From Flectonema sp. DT1601 (lineage: Eukaryota), in contig OZ025782.1 of the NCBI GenBank assembly GCA_964019425.1, forward strand, positions 1,054,001 to 1,118,000: a stretch of 64,000 nucleotides of DNA, in the 5' to 3' direction. Positions within the stretch are counted from its first letter, which is position 1. Every line of letters begins with the position of its first letter. Below, piece by piece: positions 1 to 12,572 of the stretch. The notes beneath the pieces were generated by a model, which ran no database searches, was not told the origin of the DNA, and worked only from the letters and a program-made list of their open reading frames with translations. A program made the translations under genes and the position numbers.

Positions 1-3000
1 ATGAGTTTCCACATCCACATTTCTTATTGTAATAATGACTTATGAGTGTTGAGTATTCTCTGGGAAGTTCAACTCTGATTGAATACATTAAGTCACTTCG
101 CATAGGAAGTTTTACTTTGGTGTTGCGACCAGCTGCGAGTTGTTGTGTCGTCCAGGCTGACAGAGATGCAATCTTTTGATCAGTTCGTTTTAGAACAGAA
201 GAAGCGATTCCTTCAATGCTGTCGTAACCAACACCGAGTGGAAGTCGAGCATTCAAAATAGAAATAATATCATCGTCGTCAAACTTTGGTAAACTCAGTT
301 CTGATGAGAAAAGTGGAGCAGTGACGACACAATGACAGATTAATAACCACGACATCAAAACACCCATTTCACTTTTAAGATGCTGTCTACTATCAAATTC
401 TTCCGTTACTTTCTGACGCTTTAATACACAAGCACTTGGTCGAAGGATTTCAATTAAATTCTTTAATTCTGTGTCGTCTTCAGCTTCAACAGTTATCCCA
501 GCAGTCAGTAATTCGATTATTAATTTACATAACTGCGCCTCCACTACTCTTTTCATTAGATAAATATAACCTCCGTGATTTACTTGTTCTACACGAAGGA
601 CGACATTTAAGAGTGTTTGAATCCAAATTCCAAATACATCGACAGTCTGTTTTAGTTTGTGAGATTACCACTCACTTTCTATAAACAACACAACACAACA
701 CAACACAACACAACACAACACAACACAACACAACACAACACAACACAACACAACACAACACAACACAACACAACACAACACAACACAACACAACACAACA
801 CAACACATACCAGTAATGGATAGCTAGTTGTTGGGCATTCATCAGACCTCGGAATGTGAAGTAGAACACGAAGTGGATCAGGATCTGCTTCCATTCTCTG
901 TATTGATGATGTGTTTTGTTTTAGAATTCAATAAATAATGTTAATTAGTTTAATAAAACTGTAAAAGTCATACCAACTCTGCTGCTAAAAGTGCTTTTAA
1001 TTGGCATCTGAGGGATATGAGTTTCCTGTTTTGGTTGAGTTGAGATTGTTATAAACAGAAAGTTCTTCATATGAGATATCAACTGATGACATACTTTAGT
1101 GATACAGGAATATGACCATCAACTACACGATGAGATATTTCAGTAAACACAACTTGTTGAGCGAATGAAATAACTGCCGTCCCAGTTAATGATTTCAATT
1201 TTTCATCTCCAGCAGGAAACTGATGACGCACAACCACATCACGGAATTCACAAGCTGCTTTACTTAACTCTTTACTATCATCACCATCAGGGGTCGATAA
1301 ATATTTCTCAGATGAAGTTACAATCTCACAAAGTAATTCCTCAATTTCCTCATCACATCTCTTCTTCTGACAATCAGACATCACTTCAGAAATTACTGAA
1401 GGCAGGGGAGTAGTGTCTTTCTTAACATCTTTTCGTATACTCGGTATTATGTTCTGGTTTATTTATTATTGAGACTTGGTACTTTAGAAAACAACAATAA
1501 AAGGAAACTTCGTGTTCCACAATAAACATAATAAAACATACAGGGATTAGCGTGTTTGCGATCCTCCCACATAGTGGACAGAGGTACTCACCTTCAGGGA
1601 TATTTAGTACTGCAAATCCTCGATATTCGTGACGTAGAAGAATAGCTCCATTGACTTCGTGGGAATGTTTGAGAAGCGAGAGATGGGATTCTAAGCAGTC
1701 GGGGTGAAGAAGATGTCCACAAGAATGAACTATTTCATGTCCTGTCTTTGTTAGAAGTGGATGATTGAAAGCATTTGTTTTACCATCAGGAGGATGAGTG
1801 CAAGAGGACACATCATTACAAACAGATTTAAAACATTGTTGCATTCCTGCTCCACGAGTTGCTAAGGCAATGAGACCAACTTGACTACATTGATTAGGAG
1901 AAGTATCTAATTGACAAAGACAACATTTATCACCCTCTTGAGTCATCCATCCAGAATCAACTGTGTGATGAAGTGATTTAGTTCGATTCTCAGTCACTTC
2001 ATCATCAACTTCTTCTTCAGATTCAGATTCTTCATCTGAAAGTGAAAGAAAATCAAATGACTGAGATTGTGATTTCATCGCTTGCATTGCCGCCTGCTGC
2101 TTTGCTCTTCCCTTTGCCTTGCGTGCTTTCGCCTGTTTCTTTTCTTCCTTCGTTGAGCAACCCGTTAACTTCTCAACTACTTCACTTGACCCTTCAACTC
2201 CACTCATTTGTAGCTCGACTGCGATGTCGTTGATGGCTGCACGAAGTTCCTTTGCCTTCGTATTTGTGAAGAGTTCAACAAGTAAACCAAATGGTGTGTC
2301 GCCATACGTTGTTTCTTTTAACAAGATTTCAGCGACATCATTAATCTCCCCATCAATCCAATTAATACCACTTGGTGCTATCGTATTAACTCCTTCTTCA
2401 TTACGAGATGAGTAGAAACGATTCTCAGATCTGAGCATCTCTTTAGAGGCCTCGTTGAACTCAGATCTGGTTCGCATCGAAAGAATAATTAAGTCGAGAG
2501 CTACACGAAGATCTCCATCATCGATGGCTTTTGAACGCGCTGCTCTAATTACACAAATTGCGATTGACAATGAGAACTTGTTGTGCAACACTCCAACTAG
2601 TAATTTAAATGCTTTTGGTGGCTCAATCCATTTCGCAACTGGAATGAGTGGTCTCTCTGATCCAGAAGCCACGTATTCCGCATCAGCTTTTTGTAGCAGA
2701 GATTCCTCCCACGACAGACAATAAGGATTGATTTCTGACCAAATCTCTTTCTTTAAGCTAAACATACTCTTCCCCATTCTCTCCGTTAAGTCTGCAACTT
2801 CTTCGAGTATTTCATCTTTTTCAGCGTCGTTTGTATCTTCGACTGGATCTAACATCGAGACGGATATTTTTGAATATTTCTTTGCACCAGTAGCTAGTTC
2901 TGTTATGATTCGTTGTCTTTGTGTGTTTTTATGCTTTGAGAATCTGAACCTATCAGTCGCAATCGTTACGATTGTTCTAAGAAGATGTCCAACAATATTG

Positions 3001-4904
3001 TGTTCCCTATCATCATCATTCTCACCTGTAGGTACCAACGGATGATGAGCACGGTATCTATGAGCCATATGAACAACAAATTGAGAAGGAGAATAAGACG
3101 CGTATAACTGCAGTAAGAAGTATTCAGGTTGTTTTAAGAAAGGCATCGAAAAATTTCTATCTGAGAGATACCAATCACTGAGGTAATGAATTCCCATATG
3201 ATTTCTACGCCACATACCACCACGACATTGAGCTCGAATAACAATCAACTGAATGACGTGCTCAGAGTACTTTGCGACTCCTTTAAAGAACTTTTGAGAG
3301 ATGTCAGTGAGAGACGCATCAGGAAACTTCAACAATTCTAAACTACAAATACATGAAAAGAATCGATGCAGAGCAATTTGATAATAAACACCATGCTCAG
3401 GGTTGTGGTAAGAATCGTTCACAGCCAACCAAGAAATCGATTCCTCGACATCTCTCTTATCGAGTGTGTTTGATATGAAAGCATCAAGAAAGGTAATCAC
3501 TGAGTCGTTTAAGTTATTTGCTTCTTCAATATTGACAAACTGTTCAACGCCGTGAACTAACGAATGAGTAAACCTCAGTAATCTTAATTCATGTTGTGCT
3601 GGTTCTTCACCTTCAATATCAGTTGCAGTGTCTCTTCTGTAACAAGCAAATGAATTCTGCAACATCAACAGATGCATCAGATATCTTTCTCTTAAAGTCT
3701 TTTCAGATAAGAAATACGTTGCACATGTTGTTGCAGTAAAACAAAATTTTATTTGATCGAAAATGTTACAACAAACATCGAACTGTTTCATTGAATAATT
3801 AAAACCCATTGAGGTGCTTAGTGAGGGATACCCTTCAAGATTAAATAGGATTCCTTTGTAATTTGGAATCTTTTTAACACTCAAAGAACCCTCACTAAGT
3901 AACTTACACATCGCAGATGTCAATCCGTGAAATAATCCTGGAGACCCAATAGCTTGGTTTGGTTTTTCTAACATCATTGCTATCCTTGGAACAGTTAAGA
4001 ATTGAACTGCTAGACCTTCACCTTTATTCATCCATTTTAATAAAGCAGCTGTTGGGTACTTTGAAATATATACGGCGAGGTGGTACTTCAGTTCGGGATC
4101 TGCTATAAGAGACATCGCTAGCTTTAAGATTTCACCTGCAAGTCCTTTTGTATAACAAGAAGTGTGGATGATTGCCATCATGCTGTGAAGTATGGAAGTT
4201 TCACATTCGTTTGGTATTGCGACCCTGTCACAAATACTGTTGTTTATGATTCTACATGTTGGAGATCCTATCTGTGCCAAGGATACTAGTAATTGTAAAA
4301 CGTATCCAACAACATTTCTAGCACCTCCTGTTGCTGGTGTAAATCTCCAAGGGAAATCATCGTTTACGTCTCCAGCTACTTCTTCTTGTCGCTTGGCTTC
4401 AACTTCGAGGCAGCATGCTGAGAGAATTTCACAAAAAGTTCCACAAACTGCCTTAGCAATTTGTTTAGTTTCTGATGATAAACAGTCTGTTGGATCAACG
4501 TCATCAGAGAACCCTCTGTGTTTTTTACAACATCCTTCAACTGCCCATCCTTCAATATCACCACAGTCACACATTCCACTAACTGGTATCATTCTCCATT
4601 CATGACCTCTGTGTAGGTCTTCATCAAAACAATCAACACAAATAACGCAGGTACTGTCTACAGCACATTGTAAACAACTGTAACCAACTTCTGAACTACC
4701 TAAACCTCCAAATAACTTTCCGCAGACAGCCGCTGCCGTCAGACCCTCGAGCCAAGTACCAGTTTCTTCATCTTTAAGTAGCTCCGCTCCAAGGTTTACT
4801 ACCAAACGCGGATCTTCTGTTTCCGCTAACTTTAAAAGATACGATGAGTACTTATCAGTTCCAAGCTTCCTCATTTCCCGGATGTGGTCAGAGACATCTT
4901 TCAT
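1..4904 (-). CDS. UBR-box N-recognin E3 ubiquitin ligase (UBR1/2/3-like), 3'-partial
   Basis: UBR box (CGKLF..GYSCLQCAVDSTCVICVDCF..HRGH..CDCGD..CCKKH) and RING-like region (CCLCQ..SCGHLLHPDC..EYLCPLCGRIANTLIP). Hand-spliced introns 1454-1541, 1026-1094, 898-973 and 647-810 keep the frame. The last exon (646 to 1) is open to the window edge (..LPREYSTLISHYYNKKCGCG). The likely ATG is at 4904, after an AG acceptor. Confidence 0.92.
686..805 (+). repeat. (CAACA)24 microsatellite inside UBR intron 4
   Basis: Perfect pentamer array read directly from the sequence; it expands the intron to 164 nt. Confidence 0.98.
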
Positions 4905-5326
4905 TTTCCTGAATTCTAAAACAGGGAAGACGCCACCTACTGAGAGAGAGAATAAATATGAAAACTTCTTCTTGCGAGACACAGCAATCACTGCAGTTGA
5001 TCATCGGTACATATGCTGAACTGAAAAATATGCAAGAAAAAAAAAAGAGGATCAGAAAATACTCGAAACCCTTTGAAACGGCACCTGAGCAAGTGATAGC
5101 TGCTTCTGACTGATTATAAAGAAACTAAAAAGAGGAGCTGCGCACCCCACGGAACTACGTATCTCAGTGTTGCTGGTGCCTGAGTGAAGAGGTTCAGCTA
5201 GTTTAGTAAAGAATATCACACACTCTAGCACCAGACACTTTGTTGAATGACCCTAACAGCGAAACTATTCGCCTCTCGTTCAGAGCACGGCAGGAATAGA
5301 ACTTACCAACATTAGAACATTAAGTT

Positions 5327-7100
5327 CTACTCGTCTTCCCACGATTCAGGGACACCCTTAACTGGTGCTGGTGATGATGCTGATGTAATAGTTTTTTTAA
5401 CTTTCTGAACAAGAGCTACGCCACACCCAGGACATCGACGTACCCAAGGAAGTAATCCACCCTTTTGACATCCAGAACATGTTCCATTTACTAAATGAGC
5501 AGATGGAGGTGGTGGAGGTAATGGTTCAGGTTCATCCATCTCATCATAAGCAGGTCTATCAGATTCTTGTTTCATTGTTGGATTCTGAAAGCGAACAGAC
5601 CTCGGTGCGGCTCCAGTCTTTGCGAACTCTTCTGCTGCTGACAGCAGTGGATCCTGTTGTGTTATTTAATTGTTTACTATCACAGTGAGTGATTAATAAT
5701 TGAAATAATTAAAAAGTTCTGTTACATACATCTGTTCCAATCGACGGAAAAACGAAGTCTGGGTCTTCCTGCAGACCGCAGAGTGCCGTTACCGCGGCCT
5801 TCTCGTCTACTAAGTGACGTTCGTGGTCTCGGTCTTCAGCAGATTTAACTAGCTGCTCCGCGAGGCCTACTTCCTGACCTGCGATGAGAGATGGAGAAGA
5901 TTGCTCAGCGTCAAGTTCATGTAATCCATCAATAGGACCGAAGAGAGGACATCTTCTCAAATGAGGAGGACGAGTTTCTTCCAAAGCTGGTGTCTCAACT
6001 GGTAACAGGGTCTCATTAACTCCCGACTTCGGTCCCTGAACTCTGTCGCACAGGTGAGGCGACGCGCGACACATCTCAGCAACAATTCTTTCCAACTCTG
6101 GGATGTCACCAACGATGTACTGTCGAAGACTCTCAGAGGCCGCCTGGTCTGGCGTCCAGTCTCCGCAAAACTCAAATTCATTGTAGCTCATCGTCTCTGA
6201 GAAGACACAACGTGCGCAGAAAGATTCCGCAGGTTCAGTTGAAGTTAAAACCAAAACACCAGTTAGGGTTCGCTTCGGTCTGACGTGCTGGTGAAGAAGA
6301 AGTCGACTTTCTTCAGCGTTCTCCGCTTCTGCTGGGTGGACAGACATAAAGGGACCACTCTTCAAGATAGTTCCATCTCTCCAAATCCCTTCTGACAAGT
6401 ATTCAATCTTTTCACCAACTGAATAAGTGACAGGTTCCTTCAACAGAGCGATAGACGAAATGTTGTGAAGCGCTAACCGCAAGCGAAGAACTCGTGTTTC
6501 ACGGAAATGAGAAAAAGCATCCATAAAAAAGAAACGAATTTTGTCCTTCGCTACATCCGGGGACTCAGGTTCTATTGTTTCAGGGACTTCACCAGGATTT
6601 GTGTGAAATGTTTGTGTGATTTTAGTGGCTCTTTCGTCAGAGATAGGCCACTCAAAGAATGGTTCCAAGAAAGGAGTCGCTTCGAATAGTTCGATAAGTA
6701 GAGAAGTGTTCTCAGAGTCAACCTTTGCGACTAGTTGACCAGGGTAGGTAGTTCTTATTGAAGTTGGATATGATTCACTGTTGACACCGAATGATAAACA
6801 TCTTAACGTTTCACTTCCAGCAACTTTAATCTCAACCATGTTAATCTCATTAGGGTCTTCATACTCAGTCGGTTCAGGGAAGTCCTTTGATGCATCAACA
6901 GGAGTAGCTTTTAACATTGCCTCACTGTCGATGGCCATGACTTCACAAACCTTTATTACTTTTTCAATGTCTAATCGAAGGTACCAAGCCTTAGCAAGTG
7001 GAGGACTATTCGCAACTGAATACATATTTTGAAAAGCATTAAACGACACTGGTTCAAGAACCATCCGCGCCCGAAGCCAGAGCTGGTTAGCTCCTTCCAT
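5327..7100 (-). CDS. Hypothetical protein with C-terminal zinc ribbon (CSGC..CPGCG) and poly-Pro
   Basis: ORFs 5709-7148 and 5327-5575 join in frame through intron 5654-5729 (GTATGT..ACAG). The ATG at 7100 is preceded by AACAG|AAGG. Confidence 0.8.
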
Positions 7101-7196
7101 CCTTCTGTTCAACCTGGTGATGGAAAGTGAAATATAAAAAGACCACACGTGAGATATGAATTCGGTATTATAAAAAGAAATCGTTGCCGATATTAA

Positions 7197-8591
7197 TTAC
7201 TTCTTTGGACCCAACGGATGGGATCTCTGCAAGTTATGAATATCATTCCAAGGATTAGTTATCATATCAAATGCGAGGTTTAAGTCAACAAAAGAACTCC
7301 AAATCGCCGTGTCATACGAAAGGTTCCGATAACAGTCAATTAGTTTTGTTGCTTCCAATTTAGAAACAACAAGTTGTCCTCTGTGATAGTGTTCCTCAAG
7401 AGTTCTAAAAGCAACAGCATCCTGGTATCTCATCTTACTAAACACAGTTACAATACTTATAGCGTCATTACTGTTTGACCAACCCAGTTGTTGAATTATT
7501 ATGGATGACTTTTTTAACATTGATCTGTTAGTTGTCCTTAACTCCCTCGGTTTCCTATAAATACTGCTTAATATTGTTGCAAGATGCTTCTCAGTTATGA
7601 TTCCAGTTTTATTAATTGCTTCATATTTAATGATATTATAAATAATCTCAATCAGTTTCTTTGGAGCAACCGATTCACTCACAGCAAGTGAGGAACATGC
7701 GACTGCTATTTCAGACATAACAATCTTGTCACGAGGTATTCTTATTAATCGTTCTGCGTACGTATTAAATATCCTTGAGACTGAAAAACCACCCTTCCCC
7801 ATGGAGTATAAAATACCAGGAAATTGATCTAAACCGACAGGTGTCTGAGAGCATCTTTTAGATGGAGCAGCGCTAATCAAGTCTTCGACTAGCGTTCCAA
7901 GATTGTAGAAAATATTTGTGTTTTGAGAATTATAATTCAACACAACTACTGAATGGAGAATCATAGTTATGTCTGATGGTTGAAGTTTCTTTTTAATCGC
8001 AGAGTCTAATGTGAATTTTTCAACCAAACCTGTCATTTTTGGATGCCAAACTTGCAATTCAGATGCCGCGTAAACAACGTTAGCGACGTCTCTCGGTTTG
8101 TAATTCATTGCGATGAAATGATTGTTGCTAAACGTCATCATGTAATTTATTACTGACTCCATGAGTTTAATATTTCCAGTCCTTTGAGAAACATTAGCAA
8201 GCGTACTAGTTACAGAACTGTGTAAAGAAGACGAGAGAGGTCTTCTATTAAATTCTTCACACGCAATATGAGATACAGAAAGATACTCACTCTCGTTTCC
8301 TTCTTTTGTGATAGCCCATAATATTCTACTCCAATCTCTGGGTTGCATTATACTGAGTCCTTGTCGCTTTATATCTTTTGTTGTTTTCCATATTAACTCT
8401 GTCCTGACTCTGTCAGGAACAGATTTCCCTCCTTTTACCAACGAGTGTAATATTTGCATTCTATCTGACCATTGTATTTTATTAAAATTTTTCAGAGTTT
8501 CACGTAGACCTTTTTGAAGGGTGACATCGTCTCTTTTCTTTATTGACGATTCGATTAAGATAGCTAGCCTACGACCTGATTGAGATTTCAT
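7197..8591 (-). CDS. Helical-repeat (FASTK/RAP/OPR-like) putative organellar RNA-binding protein
   Basis: 464-aa ORF with recurring P-x-D-x-x-x-I/V-x-W/Y/H-A/S helix motifs (PRDWSRILWA, PRDVANVVYA, PSDITMILHS). The family call is by resemblance only. Confidence 0.55.
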   Translation of the reverse strand: MKSQSGRRLAILIESSIKKRDDVTLQKGLRETLKNFNKIQWSDRMQILHSLVKGGKSVPDRVRTELIWKTTKDIKRQGLSIMQPRDWSRILWAITKEGNESEYLSVSHIACEEFNRRPLSSSLHSSVTSTLANVSQRTGNIKLMESVINYMMTFSNNHFIAMNYKPRDVANVVYAASELQVWHPKMTGLVEKFTLDSAIKKKLQPSDITMILHSVVVLNYNSQNTNIFYNLGTLVEDLISAAPSKRCSQTPVGLDQFPGILYSMGKGGFSVSRIFNTYAERLIRIPRDKIVMSEIAVACSSLAVSESVAPKKLIEIIYNIIKYEAINKTGIITEKHLATILSSIYRKPRELRTTNRSMLKKSSIIIQQLGWSNSNDAISIVTVFSKMRYQDAVAFRTLEEHYHRGQLVVSKLEATKLIDCYRNLSYDTAIWSSFVDLNLAFDMITNPWNDIHNLQRSHPLGPKK

Positions 8592-8822
8592 TCATTAAAT
8601 AGCTCAGTTCTATGTATGAGTGTTGTTCATTGCCCTGTTTTTTTTGAAGATTTGAAGAATGAATTAAGTTTTTATAACAAAATCAACCTTTTGTTGACCA
8701 ATTTATGTACACCTATAATGGTGACAACGAACGGGTGTGGGGGGAGAATGGGAACGGGAGGAAAAAAAAAGAAGAAAATAAACGAAAAAAAAGAACCTGC
8801 GCAGGAAAGAATATGAAAGAAC

Positions 8823-8854
<32 letters not shown>

Positions 8855-10087
8855 AAAGCATTGCCTGCTTATGAAATTTGAGACTTGACCAAAAGAGACT
8901 CAAATTTATTTGTGTTTCTCTAATTTCGAAATGTTGTCATCAGTTGGAAACACAAGAGTTAAGGTGCTGAGCGAAAAGCGATTGGTACACTTTTTGATTA
9001 AAAAAATGCAATCGTTTTTTTTTAATTCGAATTTCATACAAAATAACGGCCTGTGACCACTGCAAACACTACACATGATAACAAGAAACTGACTGAAGAC
9101 AAGGTCTAACCTCATACCGTCGTACATCACATTCATTGAGAAAAACGGGACCAACCAATCTTCGAAATGACAAAGCGAAGTTTCCAATAATAGGAAACAC
9201 GCAGCAGAGGTCTGAATAGAACTTTGAAACTAAGAAAAGAAAAAAAAAAAAAGAATTTTCTTACTATTTCACAACAAAAAGAAAAAGGGGGAAAAAAATG
9301 AAAACGCTAGCGGACCAGGCAGCAATATCAATTTTTTCCCCCTCTCTTAATTAGAAATAGCTAGCAAGTTCTTTTTAGGGGTTTAATTTTTATATAAGGG
9401 AGGTAAGGGAGGTTTTTCAAAGCTCTTAAAACACGGCAGCCGTCAGTATTTGTTAGCACTTTGGATGCTTGACGACGATTCAAAAAAAAAAAAAAAAAAA
9501 AAAAATTAAAATTAAAAATTGACCTGTTCCCTAAGATTCGATTCTATTTGAGGAATATAAATAATTAACAAAATAGACAAGAAAGCAGAACTAGGGATTG
9601 AGAATGCTTTATGTTGGTTAGTCTGTTTATATAATAATTGATACTCACACAAAGATATTTGATTGAAACACTTTTTTCAACAGACTCCCCGAAAGGCTGA
9701 TAGCAGTATCGGAATGCGTGAGAACACCTGCTCGACGTTGGTATCGTCTTCACAAAGTATTAGTTGGCGCGCAAGTCACATGCGATCATCTACTCTTGAC
9801 AGTTGTTGGCTGAGAAATCGAGTACAGCATCCAGTCTATGAAAACTCCTTGCTCGACGTTGGTAATCGTCTTCACAAAGTCCTTCTCTCGATACGCACAA
9901 GGTAAATGATCTCTCTAATACTTTTAGCAGTCAAATAGGAGATTCAGTTTGAGAAGTGAGAAAACAAAAAAACAAACTCTCCATTAAAAGGAAAGAAAGG
10001 ATAACAAAGTATCACCCACACACAACAATAAGTAATGACCCCAATCCCTCATTGTTTGATACTATCTAGAATGATAGAGTGAGATGA

Positions 10088-11887
10088 CTACACAGAGATT
10101 CCCTTTTGCTTTTCAATTTCATCGTCGATGACGTGATCGCTTTCAGAATCAGAAAGAAGACATCTCTCTTCTGATGATTTTTTAATCTTTTGTCCCCACA
10201 ACAAGAGTGGAGCAAGTAGAGAGATTCCAGCACTTGACAAACAAGAGATGAGAATTAAAGTATGCAGTCTGTCAAAGTTCACATATGTGATTCCAAGTTC
10301 TCGGACTATTGGAGCAGTGATCCATTCTCTAAATGAAGCTCCGACATCAATTAATGAAATGAGAACAGCGTATGACAAGGCTGGAGAAGTCTCTGACGTG
10401 TTCTGAGTTGCCAACACTTCTCTTGGGATAAAGCTGACCATGTAGATGAACCTCGTGATGATCGTTGCGAAGACTTGAAAGGTGAAAGTGTCACAAGTGA
10501 AAATACCAAAGAAATCAGTATCTGCGGTACCGTGTCCTGGAATATCTGGAACAGCAACTTTTGACAACGGAACTGTGAAGATGTAAGTAACAAATGTTGA
10601 AGCCACCGTAGCAATTGGAATGACATAACGAAGATCGCGTCCATTTCCAAGTGGAATGTAACAAAAACTTGCAACAATCCCAGATGCAAACCCTATGCAG
10701 GAAAGGTGTGCTCTTTGACAATGACTGAAGTACGACAACGACCAGTTGCCAACATCAATTCTCGAATCCGGAGTCGATGACGATAAGAAGATAAATACCG
10801 CGGTACCAATAAGTGTGAAGTTCGATCCCGTCCCTTTTGACACAAGGTTAAGCTGATTACCAGTAACGTAACCTTCAACAAGAAGATAAGTAACGTAAGC
10901 CATAAAGAAACACCCGACAGTCATGAGTAGGGGAAACCAGGCACTATAATCCATGAAGTGACGAATTGAAATTACGACCATAAAGAATTCAAGCAATAAT
11001 AAAGCGAATGTGTATTTTAGAATAGTAAGCTTCGTCGCTTTGTCGTGAGAAGCAGAAGTTTGTGAAGTACGTTTTCTGCTAACAAGCTGTCTGTCTCCGC
11101 TGTCTGCGAGGGTTGCTAAGTAGTCATCTTTTGGAAGAAAATAAGTCGCAGCGACAGATAAAAGTGAGAACCCTGCGGTCAGTAATAAGAAACCTCTCAC
11201 TGACAACAATCCATCATTCGACTTCTTACAAGGATAGAATATTAAAGTCATAATCGCTGCAGCGAGTGAACCACACTGACGAGCACCGTTAGCAGCGGCT
11301 TGCAATGCTCCAGCGTTTTTCATTTTAAGGTGAACGTGATCAACTAAGATAACTCCAGCCATCAGTTCATAGAACGTGAGGAATATATTATTAAGAAATC
11401 CAAGAACAAAAGCCATAAAGATCGCTCCATTACTTGCATTCGAGTATGTGTTTGGAGGAGCAGTTCTCGAGAGTTCTGTATGTCCTTCATTAAGAGGAAT
11501 GAGAGTAGCTGTATACGACAAGTCATATTCTAAGTCATCCGTCTTTGGGAACGCTGCCATTGCTATAAACACAAGTGAAGATCCAACAGCACAAATACCA
11601 ACCCATTGTCTTCTAGAGACCATTGGAAGCTGCTCGGTTATGTATGCGTAAACTGGTTTCATTGACCACGGAATAAATGTAGCCGCGTAGTAATTACTCT
11701 GCGTCGCTAACGGCATCTGCACAGTGTACTTCAGCCAATCCATCATTGCAAACATTGGAAAAGTCAACAAAAAAGCATTCGCAAAATACAAAACTAAAAC
11801 ACCCAACGGGAGGTCATTAATCTTTCGCCTCTGCAGGCTGAACCAAGTGCGACATGATTCGACATTTATACCACTGAGAAAATCCAT
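10088..11887 (-). CDS. BT1-family folate/biopterin transporter (MFS)
   Basis: 599 aa with many hydrophobic helices and the BT1-type motif IPWSMKPVYAYITE. Confidence 0.8.
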   Translation of the reverse strand: MDFLSGINVESCRTWFSLQRRKINDLPLGVLVLYFANAFLLTFPMFAMMDWLKYTVQMPLATQSNYYAATFIPWSMKPVYAYITEQLPMVSRRQWVGICAVGSSLVFIAMAAFPKTDDLEYDLSYTATLIPLNEGHTELSRTAPPNTYSNASNGAIFMAFVLGFLNNIFLTFYELMAGVILVDHVHLKMKNAGALQAAANGARQCGSLAAAIMTLIFYPCKKSNDGLLSVRGFLLLTAGFSLLSVAATYFLPKDDYLATLADSGDRQLVSRKRTSQTSASHDKATKLTILKYTFALLLLEFFMVVISIRHFMDYSAWFPLLMTVGCFFMAYVTYLLVEGYVTGNQLNLVSKGTGSNFTLIGTAVFIFLSSSTPDSRIDVGNWSLSYFSHCQRAHLSCIGFASGIVASFCYIPLGNGRDLRYVIPIATVASTFVTYIFTVPLSKVAVPDIPGHGTADTDFFGIFTCDTFTFQVFATIITRFIYMVSFIPREVLATQNTSETSPALSYAVLISLIDVGASFREWITAPIVRELGITYVNFDRLHTLILISCLSSAGISLLAPLLLWGQKIKKSSEERCLLSDSESDHVIDDEIEKQKGISV

Positions 11888-12053
11888 TTTTGTTATTTAA
11901 TTACCTGCCAAGTAGAAATAGGAAATTATACACACACATCCCTTCCTTGCTGGGCAGACAATAATTATTTCGATATCTGTAATCACTCCCGCGGTTACTA
12001 CCACGGATACTGAAGTGTTGAGTTCTAAACGTCATCTGTTGAGGAAAATTCTC

Positions 12054-12509
12054 TCAGGAGTTAAAAATAAACTTTGCTTGGAATTCGAGAACTTCAAGGC
12101 TCCAACTGCGGTCTTCAAGTGTCGGATTTTTTAAAGCAACACAACTCTCACTAACGATAAACATAGACCCGGTATCGCTATCAAGAGCGAGTCTACCTGT
12201 TGCTTGGATGTATGAACCATTAGCTGGAAGATCTTCAATCATTACGGTACTGACATCTATCGTTCCCGTGTTGTCATTTACCGAAATCATTCCATCTTTT
12301 GATGATGTTATAACTCCTTGAATCCAAACGCGTACTAATTCAGCTGCTGGAAAACATGAATTTCCCAACATTGGCGTCACGCAATTCGCTCCTGTCTCAG
12401 GATCAGTTTGTACATTCAGAGAACCACCTCCTTCTAATGTGTTTAGAAGTTGCCTTATAAATGATTTACGAGAAGGGTAGCTTCGGATATCTACAAGTTG
12501 ATCTCCCAT
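12054..12509 (-). CDS. RMI2: RMI2-like OB-fold protein
   Basis: 151 aa with RVWIQGVI..VNDNTG..GSYIQATG and a C-terminal WSLEVLE helix, matching the RMI2 pattern. Confidence 0.65.
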   Translation of the reverse strand: MGDQLVDIRSYPSRKSFIRQLLNTLEGGGSLNVQTDPETGANCVTPMLGNSCFPAAELVRVWIQGVITSSKDGMISVNDNTGTIDVSTVMIEDLPANGSYIQATGRLALDSDTGSMFIVSESCVALKNPTLEDRSWSLEVLEFQAKFIFNS

Positions 12510-12572
12510 TTAAATATTTTAACTGCAGGAAGGAAGTTAATTTGATATTATTTTAAATATAAAAACGAAACA

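Noticed and set aside
672..894. ORFs encoding (CCVVL)n
   Set aside because: These are translations of the intronic (TGTTG)n microsatellite; only 811-897 is exonic.
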